DNA of 64,000 bases from Rhynchopus sp. YZ270_cl-10 (lineage: Eukaryota), in the NCBI GenBank assembly GCA_964035575.1, contig OZ037837.1, positions 806,001 to 870,000 on the forward strand, read 5' to 3'. The translations under genes were made by a program, and so were the position numbers. Below, piece after piece: positions 57,799-64,000 of this stretch. The notes under the pieces are model-generated. The model was not told where the DNA came from and ran no database searches. It was given only the letters and a program-made list of their open reading frames with translations. Positions within the stretch are counted from its first letter, which is position 1. Every line of letters begins with the position of its first letter.

Positions 57799-59757
57799 GG
57801 GATGGAAACAGAGTATGCGTTCAAGACTGCAGCACACAGGAAAGGTGAGTGAGAGGCTGGTGTGTAGATGAGGATGCAGCTGGGTCAGGGATCAGGGATG
57901 CTCGACGTCCTGGCACCGAGGCTGACTCAGAGATGCGCTGCACAGTGTATGGGGTGTGGGGAAGTGGAACATCAGGTGAGGCATGTGGGGTTGCTTTGTT
58001 TTTGGTCTTTTCCTTACCACCTGTTGTCAGAGGTGGGTCTTTTTTTCATACACTCAGTTTGTTCCAAAGTCGATACAACAAATAACCGCTAATCCCCTCC
58101 CCCGTTTTCCCGAAAAACACAACATTTTTGTCTACAGTTAACATATTGGTCTTGTCGGACCTGAGAAAACGCGTGCATGTTGCATACACATGCACACTTA
58201 CACCCAACGATGAGGCTCATTGATACACTGCAATGCACGAACTTCACATCCCGGGAAAATGCTATGACGAAAAGAGCGACAAAAATACAAAAACGAGAAG
58301 ACAAAACTAAGCCTATTGTGCTTAGTCACACGTATTTTTTCATTAAAGGACACACATGGGGGCACAGACAGCACACCTTCCCCAGGGTGTGGCAGGGTCC
58401 TTTGCTGAAAGCGCGGGACTCTGGCCTCACTTTTCTTTGCTATTCCCAGAACTAGACACACAAACACCCCTCCCCTCCCCTACCCTCCCCTCTGCACCCC
58501 TCACCAATGAAACGTTAGTAGCCACCCTCATTTATAAAGAAAACAAAGACTGATGCCAAGCCCTAGCCTCATAGAGGCGTCTGTGCTAGGGTGAAGCGCA
58601 AACCAGACTGGGCCAAAGTCTCAACTCCACTCAGTATCACACGACGGGAAAGAAAAGAGGGTCAGTTCTCCACGAATCCGTAGAGATACAAAACACCTGC
58701 GTGAAACCCACAGCAGTGTTCCAAACATCCAAAACTCAAAAATGAAAACAAAACCAATTTAGCGGACACACTTCTGATCCTAAGAAGGACCCCATCCTCA
58801 CCTTCCCTCACCCAAACCCCAAAGAAATGCTCTGGTGTTCACAACACCCAGCCAACCCTCTCAAATCCTCCCAATTGTTTCGTATGGCTCATCCCAACAA
58901 ACCCCACCTCACTCTGTCACCACCTCCCAAAAATAATAAAGAAGCACACCTCAGCACAGTGCAGAGCAGCCGTCGTGCAAGCTGACCACACAGTGCGAGG
59001 GGTGAAGATGCACAACAACAAAATCCTGCAAAAGTCAACATTTCTGGTTTCTCACTGGCGTAAGTGTTGTGGTAGCTTGCTGAGTACAGCCTTGCTGCAC
59101 TTGTCCTTTCCATGCAAGGTCTTCAATGATGTGCACCCGTCAAGGAAAGCATACCCAACGGCCGTGACACGTTGCAATGCACTCAAGTCCACTGTGGACA
59201 AGGATGTGCAACCGTGGAGGAAGAAGTTCCCAATCGAGGTGGCAGCTTTGAATCCACTCAAGTCAACCGTCGACAATGATGTGCACCCGAAGAGGAACTG
59301 GTGCCCAATCGAGGTGACAGTTTTGAATCCACTTAGATCAACTGTGGACAAGGATGTACACCCTTGGAGAAAGCTGTTCCCAATCGAGGTGACAGCTTGT
59401 AATCCACTCAAGTCAACCGTCGACAAGGATGTGCACCTAAAGAGGAAGTGGCTCCCAATCGAGGTGACACCTTGCAATCCACTCAAGTCAACTGTGGACA
59501 AGGATGTGCACCCCAAGAGGAACCCGTCACCAATCGTGGTGACAGCTTGTAATCCACTCAAGTTAACTTTGGTCAAAGCTGTGCAGTCACGAAGGAACTC
59601 GTTCCCAATCACAGTCACAGCAGACGCATGACTGAGATCAATGCACGTCACTGTAGTTCCTTTCAAGAAGAACTCGTCTGCAATCGCAGTCGCAACTCCT
59701 GCCTGCAGGAGCAAGCAAGCCACCTTCGGATCAGTCACCTGCTTCAATCTTGCTTCT

Positions 59758-60359
59758 ATAAACGTTTTTAAAAATAGGATGGAACACCCCGTTCCGAAGA
59801 GGAATGCAGCCACCCCGAAAAAGTGGGGGTGTGTCGCCAGTCTGCGGTGAGAAACTCCTCCCTGAGTCAAAACTGCCGCTGGTTAGCGCTGGCTAAGGTT
59901 CCCTTTTCACCCGGTCACAATCGAGTCTCGCTCCGTCGGCGTTGACTGCACTGCAAAGCCCCTTGGTCCACCGTCGTAAAAAGACACCACAAAAAGCGTA
60001 GGTAGGTGGGGGACCGGCAGGTTACAGACAGAGGCAGTACGGAGCTAAGGTGTCGGCGGTCGCGGGTTGCCGTGGAGGCCTGCCCCCCGTGGAGGTCTTG
60101 CGATCTGGGAGTTGTGGAAGTGATCGGCTCAGAGTACCCTGCATTCCATGCACGACTCGAGCTCCTTGTGGTAGGATATTGGGGTCCCGGGAAGCACCCT
60201 TCGCCCCGAGGTCCCACCACCCCAGACAGTTTGTAGGTCTAAAAGCACAACGTACTTGTCCAGGACCTGGCCGCTCTTGGGTTCTCTCGAAAAAAAGATA
60301 CTAATCCCGTACGCCCGTGCACCGCAAAAATGTGCTATGGGGGGCGGTCCGCCGTCGGG
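59758..60359 (-). mobile_element. 602-bp short non-autonomous retroposon
   Basis: Perfect 19-bp TSD ctgcttcaatcttgcttct at 59739-59757 and 60360-60378; its 5' ~97 nt resemble the ribozyme at 49904-49995. Confidence 0.88.
60263..60359 (-). ncRNA. Putative variant HDV-like ribozyme
   Basis: Shares GCCCCCC..GCA..UUUUUGC..GGCGU..GGAU..AUCUUUUUUU..GAG.GAAC with the first; possible P2 GGACC/GGUCC; P1 imperfect. Confidence 0.5.
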
Positions 60360-62805
60360 CTGCTTCAATCTTGCTTCTGTAAGTGTTGTCTCACCCAACG
60401 CATGAAGTGCTCCAATGGCATCCTGCTTCCTCCTCTCTGTGTTGGTCTGCTTTACAACAACCCTGTGACCCCTCAGCTGCACCACGTCCTCTCCTTCTGC
60501 AATCACTTCATCTCTGAAAGTCATGTCGAAGCCGTCTTCACGCAACCCCACTGCAGACGCCACCTTCCGAAGCAAGTCCCTGCCCGTGTCATCCACACTC
60601 ACCTCAATCTCGTGTTCCACTCCATCCAACCCCTGCACAAGGACAGGCACAAAAAGCGCAGACATCTGGGCAAGGGCGTCGTGCACGTTCGAAACAGGCA
60701 GATTCAGGGAAAAGGTTGCGTGTGGGTCTGCAGCACCCACAAGGCGGTGGCGGTCTCCACTCGCTGCCATGCTGTTGATGTTCCGCACAACGGCCTGCAA
60801 CTCTGGGACCGCACGCAGCACCTGGTTGTCCCCAAGCCGGCACACCGCCTTGCACTCAGCAATCATGTGTCCTGCCTTCGCAACAAACGTCTTCAGCGCA
60901 CACACCTCCCCTTCACGACTGAGTGCCTGTGTGAGGAAGCTCCGTGCCACCTCCTCCTCACACACGACTTCGCTGCGCGACACATCCTCACGCATCACGA
61001 GGTGCCCGACGTGTGTCTGCAGGAGAAGGTCTTTGTACCTGTCCTCCGTGGGTGGGAGTGCCTCAAGCACACGGCACTTCTCCTCTGCAGCAGTCCGCTG
61101 TGATGTCAGGTCTGCCACGTGTGAGTGGAGGGTGTCACGCTGGTGTTTCATGTAGTCCGTGATGTCAACTGTCTTGTGTCCCGCATGTGTGTCGCACTTG
61201 TCACAACGCATGCAGATCAACGCGTCTCCACACGCAGGGTCTTCACAGACGACGCACAGCTCTTGGCCTGGGTGAAGTGCACACTTCGACGACGCTCCGA
61301 ACGAAGTCACAGAAGCACGATGTGCCTCACGGTCACGTGGCCTTGTGTGGCAAGCGTCATAACACGCAGGTGTGTCGCAGAAGAACAGCTCCACGCACAT
61401 CCCGCACTGCAGCTGTGCAGGCACGCCACAGTTCTCACAGCTCGGCATCTGTGGTGCGGTGGGCTGCGTGTCAGACCCCATGTTGTGTGTTTCGAAGAGG
61501 TGGGAGGGTGCAGGGGTGTCTGGAAGGGGTTGGGTGGGTGGCATGGGATGGAAACAGAGTGTGCGTTCAAGACTGCAGCACACAGGAAAGGTGAGTGAGA
61601 GGCTGGTGATCCTTGTCAAGCTTCTGCACCACTCATCACCACAGAAGTGACAGCGTTCTTTGTGCCCCCTCTTCCCTCCCTCCCCCGACTCCTCTTCTTC
61701 CTCCACATCGGTTGCCTCCTCCGAAGCATGCACAACCGCTGCTGCGATCCCACCCCCACCCACTGCCTCTCCCCCTCCTCCCACACACCCCGCTGCCCCT
61801 CTACCACTCCCAGGACTCTGGTGCCACTACGGCAAGCCGAGGTGCCAGACATGCACGAAAGTACCCCTTGGCTGGGCACGTCCCTGTTCCACCCCAACAT
61901 CACCACAACGACGGCCGGGAAGCGGCAATGCGCCTCTGCACCACAACACAACCCACAGCTCCCAACCTCGTCCCCAAGACAAAGCATTTCATCACGTTTT
62001 GGCGCTTTTCTTTCAACTACTCCCGAGGGGCAAAGCTCCCCTTTCGAGTTGCGCGGAAATGTGTGAAGATGTGTGAAGATGTGTCATCAGTAAAACAACA
62101 CAAAACACAAAGCTTTGCGAGACGAACCTGAGCCTCACATGATAATCACCTGAAAAGGAGAGGGGATGCCTCTTGGGGTGTGTGCTTTTTTATTTGAGAT
62201 CGGTTTTCTTGCATCGACAATGACCCACCAAAGAGGTGGGATTATTCATTTTTTGGGGGAGTTGTTTTTAGCATCCACGACTGCCCAGGGAAAGGCACAA
62301 TGGTTAATTGGGTACAGTGCTAGCTTCCCCAAAGAGACGTGTAGCGGGTGGTATGCAGTACTCAAAATGTATTTGGCATCCAACAAAAGTCCACAAAATT
62401 AGTACAAAAATACCCAAATTGGTATAACTTGAAAGGGGTGATTCACTTCTTGCCCACTTTTTGCGCCCCCATTCAGCCACACCACAAATCTGCTTTATTT
62501 GGACGCAGGTATTTGGACCCTGTACCTGAAAACCAGGAAATGGGGTGACAAAAAGAAGAAAAAGATAGAATTGAGTGTTGCGAAAAGTTAATGAGACAAA
62601 ACTAAGCCTATTGTGCTTAGTCACACGTACCTTTTTCATTAAAGGACAGCCATACATGGGGGCACAGACAGCACACCTTCCCCAGGGTGTGGCAGGGTCC
62701 TTTGCTGAAAGCGCGGGACTCTGGCCTCACTTTTCTTTGCTAATCCCAGAACTAGACATGCACGTACACAAACACCCCTCCCCTCCCCTCCCCTCTGCAC
62801 CCCTC

Positions 62806-64000
62806 ACACGGTGGCTTGGTCAGGTGACTGACCAGGCTTTTAGCCTGGTCAAAATGACCAGGTCCCCCCTTGGTCATGACCAAGCCCCCCCTTGGTCATG
62901 ACCGAGGGGGGGGCCTGGTCATGACCAAGGGGGGGCTTGGTCAGACCAGGCCCCCCCTTGGTCATGACGGGTAAAAATGCACGGTGGGGGGTTTGAAAAC
63001 CCTGCAAAAAACACAAAATAAGAGCACAAAGCATGTATACTGTGTATACTGTGTATACTGTGTATACTGTGTATACTGTGTATACTGTGTATACTGTGTA
63101 TACTGTGTATACTGTGTATACTGTGTATACTGTGTATACTGTGTATACTGTGTATACTGTGTATACTGTGTATACTGTGTATACTGTGTATACTGTGTAT
63201 ACTGTGAATACTGTGAACACAGGTACACAGGTACCCACGCAGTGGCACATGACTTCAAGTGTGAGTGACTCACACTTGAATTGAGGGAATGTGACACGCA
63301 AAAATATCGGGTCTTTTGTTTGTGCGCTCAAAGCCGGGCCGTATTTACAACAAGTAACTAAGAGTGGACATGCCACCCCACGTGGACAAGTCACTGAGCG
63401 TTACAACAATTCACTAAGCGTGGACACGCCACCTCCTCTCAACGAGGTTGACATGAAGGCCTTCAACAAACCCTCAGCTTGTAGTGGTGAGACTTCTCCC
63501 AACGTCAAGCTGTAACAAGCGCATAGTGCTCTGAAGCGAGAAGATGCCTACTGCCATCGTTTTTGAACCTGCAAAAACTTGGTTATCCATGTTGTTTGTG
63601 CGCTCCAAGCCGGAAAACAATAAGGTGAAAAAATGTGTTAACCCTTTAGACCCCAGATACCCATATATGGGTAGCAGAATGGCGCCATACAATTAGGAAT
63701 ATTCTACTCAAAATGGGAAAAACATTTTTTACATTTTGAAAGATTTTGCGCCGATCTTTCAAAAGAAGCAAGAATCGAAAAGTTTTGTGCATCTAATATT
63801 TTTTTGGATGCTGGGGGGAAAGCGGAGCTGCCACGGAAAATCATGTTTTTTGACCAACACCCCCTGAAATAACCCTCCTAATACCACTAGGCTATTACTG
63901 GGGTTCTACTCAGTTTCAGAAAAACATTTTTTTATATTTTGAAAGATTTTTCACCGATCTTTCAAAATACGCCATCTAAGAACACTTTTATGCATCTGAG
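62806..64000. mobile_element. Left part of an insertion with ggtcatgacc subterminal repeats and a (TGTATACTG)n satellite (63034-63215)
   Basis: Homology to the conserved intergenic module (ccctcaccaatgaaacg) breaks at ~62806; the other end is not visible in the window. Confidence 0.55.

Larger units (their letters stand above)
59052..61544 (-). pseudogene. B-box/CC/UBL/LRR copy G (6 core LRRs), split by a retroposon
   Basis: The N-terminal half reads into the insertion and stops at 60129; the LRR half 59052-59757 is intact. Confidence 0.85.

Overview
Eukaryotic, transposon-dense DNA. All host genes are intronless and on the minus strand, which suggests a euglenozoan (diplonemid/kinetoplastid-like) polycistronic cluster; the taxon is an inference. 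Host genes are (i) two tandem multi-TM class III nucleotide-cyclase-like genes, (ii) a roughly 1400 aa type I membrane protein with 7 LamG/ConA-like repeats, and (iii) an array of 7 copies plus 1 remnant of a RING-less TRIM-like gene (B-box, B-box, coiled coil, ubiquitin-like domain, 25-aa LRRs). In this array the N-terminal part is nearly constant, while LRR number (2-8) and specific LRR positions are hypervariable. Mobile DNA includes an apparently intact tyrosine-recombinase retrotransposon (gag-YR-RT/RNaseH, split direct repeats A1..B1-A2-B2, VIPER/TATE/Ngaro-like), a decayed relative with identical repeats and a solo A repeat. There is also a 5'-truncated LINE, two ~600-bp short retroposons that begin with HDV-like ribozyme folds and are inserted in LRR gene copies, many nested non-autonomous TIR elements, a 1.2-kb palindrome and several satellites. 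Coordinates were read by eye, and domain calls come from motif recognition rather than database searches.
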